Shown here one piece after another: positions 1 through 10,256 of a DNA stretch of 64,000 nt (the first letter of the stretch is position 1; each line of letters begins with the position of its first letter). Made by a program: the position numbers and the translations under genes. Below the pieces are notes generated by a model that saw only the letters and a list, made by a program, of their open reading frames with translations, had not been told where the DNA came from and did not search any database. The stretch comes from an uncultured virus (IMG/VR IMGVR_UViG_3300010357_000155) (taxonomy: Duplodnaviria; Heunggongvirae; Uroviricota; Caudoviricetes), in IMG/VR virus record IMGVR_UViG_3300010357_000155. The stretch is one strand, 5' to 3'.

Positions 1-643
1 GTAACCATCTGTAAAGATCTAGAATTTGTGCTAGTCTGTTATCATTAACAATTCTTGCAAATTTAATAGGGTTAAACTTTAAAAGAACATTGATAACATT
101 AACATTAGGGATAACGTTAGGTAATTCAATTTTAACAAACTGATAGGATTCATTTTCTTTATTAATAGCTTCTTTAATATAATACCAATATGTACCATAA
201 AGGTTTTGATATTTATAATGAGAAGAAAGTAAAGATCCTTTATATTTGTAAAGATCTTTTAAAATGTTATAATTATAAACAGCAATTAAGTTAACATCTT
301 GATTAGGTATTTCGAGAAGATTAACATTCTTGAAATCACGATTATTTTCTTGCATCCATTTACGGACTTCTTGTCCTGCCATTTTATTCAGCAGCGTTGA
401 CGTTTCTTCTTTTGAAATAAGATCGACAATATTGAAAACAGGAATTTTTTTATTCTTAAGGATGTTGTTAAAATAAACAAGATCCCTTGTCGGAAAATGA
501 TTATCAAAAGCATTTTCTAGGTAATGAATAATAGATAATCTTGGAAGACTAATCTCTTCTTGTTTAATAACCGCTGGATTAAGTAAGTAAATAGGGCTTC
601 TTATAGCTTCTTTTAAAAGAAACTGATTGAACATTAAAAGCAT
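1..643 (-). CDS. Partial (runs off window) large virion structural protein, phiKZ-like
   Basis: Read by hand: ATG at 643 after AAGGA; MLLMFNQFLLKEAIRSPIYLLNPAVIKQEEISLPRLSIIHYL...; open frame towards position 1; preceded by late-type motif GAATTTTGTGA (661-675, minus). Confidence 0.6.
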   Translation of the reverse strand, partial: MLLMFNQFLLKEAIRSPIYLLNPAVIKQEEISLPRLSIIHYLENAFDNHFPTRDLVYFNNILKNKKIPVFNIVDLISKEETSTLLNKMAGQEVRKWMQENNRDFKNVNLLEIPNQDVNLIAVYNYNILKDLYKYKGSLLSSHYKYQNLYGTYWYYIKEAINKENESYQFVKIELPNVIPNVNVINVLLKFNPIKFARIVNDNRLAQILDLYRWL

Positions 644-754
644 GTTTTTGTCCTTGATGGATGATCACAAAATTCAATCTTGTTTGTTTTTTAATTTAGG
701 TCTTTGAAGACAAGAATTCTGTGAACCATATTCTAGGCTAACTAAGGAGCTATT

Positions 755-2530
755 ATGAGAGTTAACATGGGTAGAAAAGGTACGTCTTCTTCTTCTTTAA
801 GTGCCAATGGCGGCGCAATGCTCGGACCACTGATCCTTGCTAACGGTCCATCGCAACCTTTAGAAGCTGCTACTAAATACTACGTTGATACTGTTTTTTC
901 CAGCTTGAATGCTAATAATGTTCTTGGTGGAGTTTTACCTATTTCTAGTTTACCTGCATTTACAGGTGATGTCACATCTAGTCAAGGAAGTAATTTCCTC
1001 ACTTTAACTAATCTTGGTGTCACACCAGGAAGTTATGCTAAAGTTATTGTTGATACCAAAGGACGTATTACTGGTAATGATATTTTAGTAGGGTCAGATA
1101 TACCTAATTTTGATTGGAATAAAGTAACTGGTAAGCCAAATACTCTTTCTGGTTATGGTGTTACCGATGCTTTATCAACAGCAGGTGATGCTCTAACAGG
1201 ATATCTATCTGTCTCAAACCCTACACAAGCAATGAGTGTAATTAATAAGCAGTATGTTGATTCTGCTCTGAACAATAACACCTCAGTTGTAGGCGATATT
1301 ATTCGTAAGTCTTACGCCACAACACCGTCTGGTTTCTTACGTTGTAATGGTGGAGAGATTGATAAAATTATTTACGCTGATCTTTATTCTGTTATTGGTG
1401 ATAATTTCAGTGTAACTTCTTTAGCAGGTTCTGGTAAACCTTGGCAACAACAGTATCAGATCAATACCACACAAACTGGCGACATCACTGGTTGGGTTGC
1501 CGGAACTGCTTTGCCTGGTATTTTAACTGAATCTTCTGTCATTGTAACAAAGAACCGTGTATATTTGCTTGGTGGTATAAATGATGCGGCTTCGGTATCT
1601 ACTGTTTATACTGCTTCTATCAACAGTGATGGTACGTTAGGATCATGGACAACCGGAACAGCGTTACCAAGTGTTGTATCTTATTCACAAGCAGTTGTTA
1701 TTAAAAATAGAGTTTATATTTGTGGCGGTTATATTGCTGGTGGTGCCGCTCTTGCAAGTGTCTATACAGCTGCTATTAACAGTGATGGTACTTTAGGTGC
1801 TTGGAGTGTAGGTCCTGTGTTGCCTGGTGTATCTGTGGCAAGTTCTGTTCTAGTGACAAAAACTAAAGTTTACTTGTTAGGTGGGTCTGACGGTACAACA
1901 AATTACTCTACTGTTTATATGGCTACTATCAATAGTGATGGTACTATAGATGCTTGGACCACTGGAACAGATTTACCAGTAAACTTATCTTACTCTTCTG
2001 TAATTGTTACAAAAAATCGTGTTTATTTAGCAGGTGGAAAATCTGGTCTTGCTTATATTTCTACTATTTATACCGCGGCGATTAATGCGGATGGTACACT
2101 CGGCACTTGGACATCTGGAACTGCTTTGCCTGGACCACTAGGCATTTCTCAAACCGTTGTCACTAAGAATCGTGTTTATCTCTTAGGTGGTAATGTCTCT
2201 GGTACTGTTACTGCTTTAGTTTACACTGCTCCGATTAATGTAGACGGCACACTCGGTACTTGGACTACGGGCACTTCGTTACCAGGACCTACATCTATAT
2301 CACAAGTTATAACAACTAATAGTAAAATTTATCTTTTAGGTAGATATAATGGAACTAGTCATTCTGGTGCTGTTTATGTGGCTAGTTTTAATGGTGGTTT
2401 GAATGATTATTCTGGTTATTATGACGGTACTATTTCGCCATTAGAACCTATTGATCAATCAACCGTATTCTCTTTACCTGATTTCAGTGCTAAAGAAAAG
2501 AATGGTTCGTATATTTACATCAAGCATTAA
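755..2530 (+). CDS. Tail fibre / receptor-binding protein with tail-collar domain and one six-bladed Kelch-like propeller
   Basis: AATKYYVD and KPNTLSGYGVTDA fibre motifs; collar motif TPSGFLRCNG...YADLYSVIG...VFSLPDF; six ~56-aa repeats TKNRVYLLGG...VYTAxINxDGTLGxW; AAGGAG RBS. Confidence 0.85.
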   Translation: MRVNMGRKGTSSSSLSANGGAMLGPLILANGPSQPLEAATKYYVDTVFSSLNANNVLGGVLPISSLPAFTGDVTSSQGSNFLTLTNLGVTPGSYAKVIVDTKGRITGNDILVGSDIPNFDWNKVTGKPNTLSGYGVTDALSTAGDALTGYLSVSNPTQAMSVINKQYVDSALNNNTSVVGDIIRKSYATTPSGFLRCNGGEIDKIIYADLYSVIGDNFSVTSLAGSGKPWQQQYQINTTQTGDITGWVAGTALPGILTESSVIVTKNRVYLLGGINDAASVSTVYTASINSDGTLGSWTTGTALPSVVSYSQAVVIKNRVYICGGYIAGGAALASVYTAAINSDGTLGAWSVGPVLPGVSVASSVLVTKTKVYLLGGSDGTTNYSTVYMATINSDGTIDAWTTGTDLPVNLSYSSVIVTKNRVYLAGGKSGLAYISTIYTAAINADGTLGTWTSGTALPGPLGISQTVVTKNRVYLLGGNVSGTVTALVYTAPINVDGTLGTWTTGTSLPGPTSISQVITTNSKIYLLGRYNGTSHSGAVYVASFNGGLNDYSGYYDGTISPLEPIDQSTVFSLPDFSAKEKNGSYIYIKH

Positions 2531-2537
2531 TTAGATA

Positions 2538-2570
2538 ACCTAGAGAGAGGTAATCCCTCTCTCTAGGTAT
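2538..2570. terminator. Intergenic hairpin (probable intrinsic terminator)
   Basis: ACCTAGAGAGAGG-TAATC-CCTCTCTCTAGGT followed by AT/T-rich tract after tail fibre stop. Confidence 0.75.
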
Positions 2571-2630
2571 ATTTTTTCATTTACGAACCATGATACTATT
2601 TAAATTAAACATAAAATATACCTAAATAAT

Positions 2631-3869
2631 ATGATAATTATTATAAGGGTTTCATTAATGTTACTAAAAGAACATGAAATATATAAAGGATTTTATTATT
2701 GTCCTTTTGCTAATGAAACAATAGTTCATCCTATTGGTGAAGCAATATCTTTACGTACAAATAAAAAATTACCTAAATGGTACGATAAAAATAATAACAT
2801 GGTAAAAATTTTAATTCATCACGATAATAGTATAAAATATATGAATCTACCCACACTTGTAGGTAGAATGTTTATACATATTCCGGAACAGTTAAAGAAT
2901 AAAAAAATATGTATTTATCAAGATTCAGATGATAAATATGATATGTCAAATTTAAAATGGTGTACTTATAAAGAAGTTCAAGAAACAGCTTTTAATAAAA
3001 AAAGAGATTTTTTTAAACAAAGATTTAAGCTACCAGACTATATTAATAACGCAGATTTTTATGATAAAGAACCTATTAAATGTGAATTTAAACCAGGATA
3101 TTACTATATACCATTTACTAAAGCTGCTATAATTATAAATAAGAACGGTGATTTATTTAATCTTGAAACTAACTTAGAACACCCATTTACTATTAATAAA
3201 AAAGGTTATAAAATAACACAATTAGGGTCTGATAATTTTAAATCAACATGGCAGGTGCATAGAATAGTAGGACTTATTTTTATTAAAAAACCAATTCAGT
3301 TTAAAGATATTTCATTTCAAGAATTAGAAATTAATCATAAGAACTGTAATAAAATTGATAATTTAGTTGATAATTTAGAATGGACAACTACTTATGAAAA
3401 CATGAAACACGCTTGGGAAAATAACTTAGTACAAACTAATAAGATAGTTTTAGCTAGAAATATTCTAACTAATGAAGTTCAAGAGATATTTTCTATATCA
3501 GAATGTGCTGAAAAATTTAAAATTGATAATTCTATATTTCATAAACATATAAATTCTTCTAGTGTTGGTAGAATAATAAGATATAACTATGTTTTTCAAC
3601 TAAAGGAAAAATTTATTAAATGGCCTAATAAATTAATGATTGAAACTGATTTTAATAAATTTAGACCATTCTGTAGATTTGTATTTATTAATACTATTAC
3701 AAATGAAACTTTATTATTCTTTAGTTTACCAGACGCATGTAAATATCTTAGATTAAATATAAATACACTTAAGAATAACAAAACTAGATATGGTCTAAAT
3801 AAACTAACTAATAACTGGTTATATATAACCTTTAATGAATACTTAGATAATAAAGGAAAAGAAATATGA
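2631..3869 (+). CDS. Free-standing HNH homing endonuclease
   Basis: HRIVGLIFI...EINHKNCNKIDNLVDNLEWTT.EN HNH_3-type motif; very AT-rich; C-terminal NUMOD1-like repeats (F.SI.E.A / FFSLPDAC); overlaps terminase start; true start may be ATG 2658. Confidence 0.85.
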   Translation: MIIIIRVSLMLLKEHEIYKGFYYCPFANETIVHPIGEAISLRTNKKLPKWYDKNNNMVKILIHHDNSIKYMNLPTLVGRMFIHIPEQLKNKKICIYQDSDDKYDMSNLKWCTYKEVQETAFNKKRDFFKQRFKLPDYINNADFYDKEPIKCEFKPGYYYIPFTKAAIIINKNGDLFNLETNLEHPFTINKKGYKITQLGSDNFKSTWQVHRIVGLIFIKKPIQFKDISFQELEINHKNCNKIDNLVDNLEWTTTYENMKHAWENNLVQTNKIVLARNILTNEVQEIFSISECAEKFKIDNSIFHKHINSSSVGRIIRYNYVFQLKEKFIKWPNKLMIETDFNKFRPFCRFVFINTITNETLLFFSLPDACKYLRLNINTLKNNKTRYGLNKLTNNWLYITFNEYLDNKGKEI

Positions 3870-6013
3870 TACTCTTTCGAGACGATTGGAAAAATAAGTA
3901 TCCAAACGCCATCATTCACTACGAAACAAAAAACTTAACATTTCTCAGACTAGCTGAGATCTATTATAAAATGGGTGTTCAGAATAATGCATTTCATTTG
4001 TCATTATTAGACCCTGCATTAAAAGATGTTGATCCTCATAATCCTAACTTATCTTTACAGTTAAAAGCTCGAGTAGTTAAAGAGTGTAAATTAAACCCCT
4101 GGTACGTCTTCAGAGAGGTTCTAAGAGTTCCGATACCTGGTAGCCTTGTGCCATCCAAGTTTCGAGCAGACAGAGCGAATATAGCACTCTACTGGTTATT
4201 CTTTAACCATGTGATGACACTGATTGTTATTCTTCGTCAAACTGGTAAAACAACTTCCTTGATGAGTCTAGTAACAGGGATTTTAAACTTCTGGTCATCG
4301 AATACATTTATTAACCTTCTAACTAAATCAGAAGGTCTTAAAGCTGAAACTCTAACTAAAGTTAAAGCTTTATTTGAAGAACTACCTGACTATCTAAATT
4401 TCTCAGATAAGAAAGATATTTTTAATAGCGATGAAGTTCGATTAAGAGATTTTGATAATGTTTTTAAAGGTAACCTTTCTTCTTCATCGCCTAAACAAGC
4501 TGAAAAGGTAGGTCGAGGTTTCACATCACCTATTAACATTATCGACGAATCAGCGTTTATCGAAAACATTGCTATCGCTATGGGTGCTATGCTCATGTCG
4601 GGTAATGCTGCTCGTGAGTTTGCTAGAGAACTTAAGAAGATGTACGGTACTGTGTTGGCCACAACGGCTGGTAATATTGACGACCGTGATGGTAGTTATG
4701 TATTTAGTCTTGCTAACAGCGCTACGTTTTGGGATGAACATCTCTTCGATTGTAAAGACGAAGATGACCTCAATGAAACTATTCTTAAGAATTCGAATGC
4801 CTCTACTAACCAAACCAAGAGACCGATCGTTAACATTACGATGAGTTATCGTCAGTTAGGTTATGATGATGAATGGCTTGCTCGTAAACTTGCAGAAAAC
4901 ATTTCGACACCTGAGAACATCGGTCGAGACATTTTCAACCAGTGGCTTTCTGGTTCTAATCTTTCACCTATTCCTAAACAGTATCTTGATCTTATTAAAG
5001 AAAATATTATCGAACAACCTCGTGTTGAATTCTATTCTCCGTATAACTATCTGTTAAGATGGTATGTTACTGAAGAGGATATGCAGGTTCGTATAAGTAA
5101 CGGTAATAGTTTCACCATTGGTATCGACACGTCAGATGCTGTTGGTCGAGATGACATTGCTTTTATTATGCGTGACCACACTAGCGGTCAAGTTCTTTGC
5201 ACTGCTGTTTTCAATGATCTTAACTTAATTACATTGGCTGACTTCTTTGTATCTTTCTTAATGAAGTTTGAGAAAGCTGTAATGATTATTGAAAGACGAA
5301 GTAGTGCAGCTACTATGATTGACTACATTATACAGAAACTTCTTCTGCATGAAATCAATCCGTTTACAAGACTCTATAATACTATCTTTCAAGAGAAAGA
5401 AAAATATGAAAAAGAGTATGAAGAAATTATTAAAGCTAAATATTACAACGAAGAAATCTTTGTTAAATATAAGAAACATATTGGATTTGTTACATCTGGT
5501 AGCGGTATAACCTCTCGATCAGAACTTTATAGCAGTACACTTATTTCTATGCTGAAGTATACAGGTGCTTGTATTTATGACCAGAAACTTATCACACAGA
5601 TCTCTGCTTTGATTATTAAGAACAATCGTATTGATCACCCAGAAGGTGGTAATGACGATATGGTTATTGCTGGTTTACTTTCTTATTGGCTTCTCACAAA
5701 TGGTAAGAATCTTAACCTATATGGTATTGATACTAGTTCTTTGTTGAAACATAACAAAGTTTATTTATCTGAAAAGTATGCTGTTGTTGAAGATGACTAT
5801 TCAGATCAAGAAGTTATGGAACTTGAATATGAGTTTAATGAGTTAATCGATACTTATAAGAAAGAGTCTAATGATATCATCGCTAGACAACTTGAAATAC
5901 GTATTAAGAAATTAGCTGCAGATCTAAGAGTCTTTAACCATGTAATATCGGTTGAAGATCTTCTTGAAACAATTAGTAGAGAACGTAAGTTAAAGTCTAG
6001 AAGATTAGCATAG
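3866..6013 (+). CDS. terL: Terminase large subunit (phiKZ gp25-like)
   Basis: Walker A RQTGKT, Walker B INIIDE, nuclease motifs IGIDTSD and DDMVIA; MILFRDDW N-terminus typical of phiKZ-like terminases. Confidence 0.92.
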   Translation: MILFRDDWKNKYPNAIIHYETKNLTFLRLAEIYYKMGVQNNAFHLSLLDPALKDVDPHNPNLSLQLKARVVKECKLNPWYVFREVLRVPIPGSLVPSKFRADRANIALYWLFFNHVMTLIVILRQTGKTTSLMSLVTGILNFWSSNTFINLLTKSEGLKAETLTKVKALFEELPDYLNFSDKKDIFNSDEVRLRDFDNVFKGNLSSSSPKQAEKVGRGFTSPINIIDESAFIENIAIAMGAMLMSGNAAREFARELKKMYGTVLATTAGNIDDRDGSYVFSLANSATFWDEHLFDCKDEDDLNETILKNSNASTNQTKRPIVNITMSYRQLGYDDEWLARKLAENISTPENIGRDIFNQWLSGSNLSPIPKQYLDLIKENIIEQPRVEFYSPYNYLLRWYVTEEDMQVRISNGNSFTIGIDTSDAVGRDDIAFIMRDHTSGQVLCTAVFNDLNLITLADFFVSFLMKFEKAVMIIERRSSAATMIDYIIQKLLLHEINPFTRLYNTIFQEKEKYEKEYEEIIKAKYYNEEIFVKYKKHIGFVTSGSGITSRSELYSSTLISMLKYTGACIYDQKLITQISALIIKNNRIDHPEGGNDDMVIAGLLSYWLLTNGKNLNLYGIDTSSLLKHNKVYLSEKYAVVEDDYSDQEVMELEYEFNELIDTYKKESNDIIARQLEIRIKKLAADLRVFNHVISVEDLLETISRERKLKSRRLA

Positions 6014-6015
6014 TA

Positions 6016-6051
6016 TAAGACAGAGGAAGGCATATGCCTTCCTCTGTCTTA
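6016..6051. terminator. Perfect 36-bp palindrome between convergent genes (bidirectional terminator)
   Basis: TAAGACAGAGGAAGGCAT|ATGCCTTCCTCTGTCTTA. Confidence 0.8.
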
Positions 6052-6053
6052 GT

Positions 6054-6473
6054 TTACTCAATAGTTATTGCTCTAGTGTCAGCTGGATGACTTTTAATAA
6101 AGGTAAAGATTGTATCCACGTAAAGATCCAATAATACTTCTGAAAGGATCTCGTAATTGATTTTAAACACAACCAGTTTAATAACAATAATAACTTTGTC
6201 ATTAAGTTCTTGACGTTTAAGAACTACTTCATCAGGAACTTTAAGTTCAACTAAGAAACTATTTAATAGTAGTAAGTTATCGAGTTTACGACGTTTTCTA
6301 CGACGGTCTTCTTTGAAGATAAACCGCATAGGTCCCATGTTACTCATTAACTCATATTCGCAAAATGTTTTTAATTTATCGTAGTTAACAAAGTTAGCTC
6401 TGTCAATAACTATAACTTTAAATATAAGCAGCCGATAAAAGTATTTTAGGAAGTTCTTTATTAAGTTTCCCAT
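6054..6473 (-). CDS. Hypothetical protein
   Basis: 139-aa ORF starting 4 nt after the upstream gene. Confidence 0.55.
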   Translation of the reverse strand: MGNLIKNFLKYFYRLLIFKVIVIDRANFVNYDKLKTFCEYELMSNMGPMRFIFKEDRRRKRRKLDNLLLLNSFLVELKVPDEVVLKRQELNDKVIIVIKLVVFKINYEILSEVLLDLYVDTIFTFIKSHPADTRAITIE

Positions 6474-6476
6474 TTC

Positions 6477-8129
6477 TTATCTCACTGTTAAAGATGCCAC
6501 ACTTAATTTAAGATAACCAGATACGGTTTCTTTAAGGAATATAATTTCAACATTGGAAAGAGCACCAACTCCGGTGTTAAAAGTAAATACATTATCATAC
6601 TCAATTACAGGTACGATGATACTTTCATTTAAATATCTAACTTCGATATGGGTTGGTTCAGGAGCTTCCAACTCAGTATTAGGATTAAATAATGGAATAG
6701 TATTACGATATAAATTAATGATGAAATCACTAACTGTTGTAAAGTTATTATGGATACTAATCTTGGTATTAAATAAAGCGTCTTTAGTTGCTCTTAGATT
6801 TGTACCGAAGTGTGGTGTCGAAGACGGGACTTGTGTACCAACTTCCCAGATATTAACATTTGTAGGTTCACTAGCAGGACCGCGAAGAATAATATCAACG
6901 GTCTGAACATGTAAATAGTTATTGTAGATACCAGAAACATTTGACAAATTAACACTGAATATCAAACGTTGTGTGATACCGTATGCAATAGGATTGAATG
7001 TCGGCGAGTTGGACGCTAAACTAACTAAAGTTGTAACATCAAACAGAACATTGCGATCCAGATTCATAAGGAAAGCTTTATAACTATAACCGTTAGTTTC
7101 GCTAACCCAGACAGGGAACACAAACAACTTAACGTTATAGCTTGTATTAGGATTACTAACCTTTAGTGTGTAAGGTCTAGTAACATAGAAGTTATCGCTT
7201 TGAACAGATGTCAAGGCTGATTCACCAGCGTTCATTCTGTAACTAAGCACTAACGGAACCTTGTGACCAAGGATAGTGCTAACAAATTGATCGAGACCAT
7301 ATAGACGGAACTTATCACCGTCAACAGGATATTCCATTTGACTTCCGTCATTATACTGAACAACACCAATCGGGTTGAACGAAGCCAAAGGAAGATTAAC
7401 AGGATAATTAACATCATCAGGTTGAGATGTGCTAATAAATGCACTCTTCATGAAAATGTTGGTAATATATTTTTGTTCAGCGTAAGCTTGTGCAACAAAG
7501 GTAGATTCTTCAACAACACAAGTTGTTTTAACAATAACCTTACCATTGGAATCAAACACAACGATAGTGCATACATCGCCATCTGTTAAATCTGTAGTTG
7601 TGTTGCAACCAGGAATACTCTTAATAGCGTAGTTATCATGACTATTAAAGGCGACAAGCTGAAGAGGAATATCATGCCCAATAAAGTTTCCGTTATTATC
7701 AAAGCGTCTGGAAACAATCTTGGTATCGTCAATAAACGAACCTTTGTATATTCTAGCAACAGTAGCCGTACTAGAGTAAACACGCATAAACCCGTCGACA
7801 TTTAATGTCCACGGTGTAATTGATTTGTCAAAATAAATTCGATAGTTATCGTTTGTTGATGATAAAATTTCATCAGTAGAAGCTGTTTGGGAAATAGTAA
7901 TAGGTGAAAGCTCTGGAATAAATGTAATGTTATTAAGATCAGAAACACGATAAGTAGAACCGGTCTCTGGCTCAATCACATAGTCATTTACTTTTGGAAT
8001 ATACTTGTTCTGACCAGCACTACCCATGTAGATCTCATGGATACTCCACATTGTCCACCTGGCGTCAGGTGAATAAATAGGAGCAAACCCATCGGACCCT
8101 ACAATACCAGTGGCATTATTGTTAGGCAT
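6477..8129 (-). CDS. Virion structural (baseplate-type) protein, phiKZ gp26-like
   Basis: 550 aa, beta-rich, WSIHEIYMG...YIPKVNDYV N-terminus; convergent on terminase as in phiKZ-like genomes; AGGAG RBS; late-type motif upstream. Confidence 0.65.
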   Translation of the reverse strand: MPNNNATGIVGSDGFAPIYSPDARWTMWSIHEIYMGSAGQNKYIPKVNDYVIEPETGSTYRVSDLNNITFIPELSPITISQTASTDEILSSTNDNYRIYFDKSITPWTLNVDGFMRVYSSTATVARIYKGSFIDDTKIVSRRFDNNGNFIGHDIPLQLVAFNSHDNYAIKSIPGCNTTTDLTDGDVCTIVVFDSNGKVIVKTTCVVEESTFVAQAYAEQKYITNIFMKSAFISTSQPDDVNYPVNLPLASFNPIGVVQYNDGSQMEYPVDGDKFRLYGLDQFVSTILGHKVPLVLSYRMNAGESALTSVQSDNFYVTRPYTLKVSNPNTSYNVKLFVFPVWVSETNGYSYKAFLMNLDRNVLFDVTTLVSLASNSPTFNPIAYGITQRLIFSVNLSNVSGIYNNYLHVQTVDIILRGPASEPTNVNIWEVGTQVPSSTPHFGTNLRATKDALFNTKISIHNNFTTVSDFIINLYRNTIPLFNPNTELEAPEPTHIEVRYLNESIIVPVIEYDNVFTFNTGVGALSNVEIIFLKETVSGYLKLSVASLTVR

Positions 8130-8226
8130 TATGAACTCCTTAAAAAATCAATATCTAAAAATCAAAAAATTACCTTTCTAAACAGACAAAAAAGATAAGA
8201 CACAGATTTCTCTGTGTCTTATCTGG

Positions 8227-8778
8227 TTACATTTCAAAATAATCACCTGGCTCAGAACCAGTCACTTGTGATGTCTGAGGTTCGATACTAACTAGATTGT
8301 ACCTGGTTAAAATACCGTACCATTTTTGATTAACATCATTAAAACTAATTTTACTAATCAGTTCTTGGTTTTTACTATTCAAAGCTTGAATCAAGAATCC
8401 AAGACCACGGCTTGGAGTATTGTTATTGATCTGATCAAAACGAGTAAAGATATCGCCTAGATCACCACCTTGTTTGTGTAAAAATAAGTTATTTGTATTT
8501 AAGATACTAGGAACACTAAACAGTAGTTCATTTGTACCATCTCTAAAAACACCAACTTCCGCCATTGGTGTTCCTGCGATAGAAATCCATTCCATCACCC
8601 AGTTTGGACTCTTCGGTTCACCTATGAAACAGGGAAGGAAATAGTTAACAAATAATGATTCTGGAATTGAGTTAAGCATTGAGTTGTTTAATAAACCATC
8701 GAAAACGACGGTCTTCGACTTATCAATCTCCGCAAGCAGCATGTTCCTTACTGCGTTAGCTTGATCTTCAATAGACAT
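8227..8778 (-). CDS. Conserved hypothetical protein
   Basis: 183-aa ORF with GGAG RBS; IPESLFVNYFLP...WISIAGTPM motif of the kind recalled in phiKZ-like phages. Confidence 0.7.
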   Translation of the reverse strand: MSIEDQANAVRNMLLAEIDKSKTVVFDGLLNNSMLNSIPESLFVNYFLPCFIGEPKSPNWVMEWISIAGTPMAEVGVFRDGTNELLFSVPSILNTNNLFLHKQGGDLGDIFTRFDQINNNTPSRGLGFLIQALNSKNQELISKISFNDVNQKWYGILTRYNLVSIEPQTSQVTGSEPGDYFEM

Positions 8779-8835
8779 TATTATTCTCCATCGTTATACG
8801 TAGTTACAGTCATATTATCTTGGACTGTAGTAAAA

Positions 8836-9270
8836 TTAAACAGATCCCAGGTAACTTAAACCGTCACCGTAATTATTCATCTCAATGATATTACGAACAC
8901 CTGAAGAATTTACTTCTGTGATTCTTGTGAGTTCGTGTTTAATATTTTCATCATCGATAACAGCAGCATAAATAAGAATGGCGAAGTTTTTAGCGTTAAT
9001 TTCTTTTATGTCTGTCACGACATCGGTGCTGACAAAATATCTGCCAAGCAGTCGTTCAAGATCAGATTTAATAGCTGAAGCCATACTTATAGGATCATTG
9101 ATATGTAAATAATAAGTTTCAGGTAAGTTAATGATGTTACCTTTATAAGCTATAGACTGTGCCGCGTCTGACAGAATATAATGTGCTAAGTTGTAAGCTA
9201 AAATATCTTTACTTGATTTTACCCAACCATTTTCGGAAAGTGATGGCAGTATTGGTGATGATTTATTCAT
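8836..9270 (-). CDS. Conserved hypothetical (possible baseplate-wedge-like) protein
   Basis: 144 aa, LPSLSENGWV...SDAAQS motif; start overlapped by upstream endonuclease gene. Confidence 0.6.
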   Translation of the reverse strand: MNKSSPILPSLSENGWVKSSKDILAYNLAHYILSDAAQSIAYKGNIINLPETYYLHINDPISMASAIKSDLERLLGRYFVSTDVVTDIKEINAKNFAILIYAAVIDDENIKHELTRITEVNSSGVRNIIEMNNYGDGLSYLGSV

Positions 9271-10228
9271 TCTTAATCCTTTTTAATTTAAAATTTATGT
9301 TACTTATAACTAACTGTTCAAACTGTTCATTAGTCATATATTTTAATTGTTTATAATTAAACTCTAGATAGTTATATTTCCATCTGATAGCAGCATCTCT
9401 AACCATCTCATCTCTAGTTTTCTGATCTTCGAATGTATACTTACCATCATGAAAAAATGGTATATACTCATAATGTTGTATCCCGTGGAACTCTACGAGT
9501 AGTCGATACTTAGGTAAATAGAAGTCTATCTTGTAGTTATTAACGATCTCAGGTATGTTATACTGAGGCATAGCTTCAATGTTATGTTTTTTAAATATTT
9601 CTTCTAATAACAATTCACCTTTGGATGAGCTACAACTAGGGCAACCTTTTCCCGACAGATGATTTGTAGCATTTTGTAAGAATAAACCATGTTTTTTACA
9701 TTTAATAAAACTCTTTACATGAGAACCTTTATATATAAAATCATCATATCCAAATCTATTACTATGTATTTTTATAAATTCTTTTATTACTTTTTCTAAT
9801 GATGGTGTAAATAAATTTTTAAGTTTATTTAGTCTACAGTTAGGACACCCTTTACCAGAAAGATGAGAAGCAGGTGTTTGTTCAAAAATAGTATTACATG
9901 TATTACATCTAATCTTACCTTTAATATGTGAATTTAAATAATTAAATCCTGTATAATCATACTTGTTACCATGTTTAGTGATAGCTTTTTGTATAAATTC
10001 TTCTAAAGTAAACGTTGATAAAATACTTCTTTGTGTTATTCCACAAAGTGAACAACCTTGCCCTTGTAAATGGTTATCTGGAGTTTGCCAGAACTCACCA
10101 TGAATAGGACAGATGATACAAACTTTAGTTTTGGCATTGATATAAACTACTTTAGAATAATCAAATCTACCGCCATGAATAAATATAGCTTTTCTTATGA
10201 ATTTTTTTAGTGTTAATTTTTTAGCCAT
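9263..10228 (-). CDS. Putative homing endonuclease (Zn-ribbon repeats plus C-terminal nuclease domain)
   Basis: Three C..HG.F.Q.P..HL.G.GC..C-type repeats; C-terminal SKGE...IDFYLP...LVEFHGIQHY nuclease motif; AT-rich. Confidence 0.8.
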   Translation of the reverse strand: MAKKLTLKKFIRKAIFIHGGRFDYSKVVYINAKTKVCIICPIHGEFWQTPDNHLQGQGCSLCGITQRSILSTFTLEEFIQKAITKHGNKYDYTGFNYLNSHIKGKIRCNTCNTIFEQTPASHLSGKGCPNCRLNKLKNLFTPSLEKVIKEFIKIHSNRFGYDDFIYKGSHVKSFIKCKKHGLFLQNATNHLSGKGCPSCSSSKGELLLEEIFKKHNIEAMPQYNIPEIVNNYKIDFYLPKYRLLVEFHGIQHYEYIPFFHDGKYTFEDQKTRDEMVRDAAIRWKYNYLEFNYKQLKYMTNEQFEQLVISNINFKLKRIKNE

Positions 10229-10256
10229 CTTTAGTACCTTTAGTTAAGTAATTACT

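Noticed and set aside
600..643. Suspected frameshift near the start of the partial minus-strand gene (T/A runs)
   Set aside because: Careful reading gives a continuous frame MLLMFNQFLLKEAIRSP
1500..2400. Regularly spaced ~170-bp DNA repeats resembling an array
   Set aside because: They are coding propeller blades with synonymous divergence; no identical direct repeats with unique spacers, so not CRISPR
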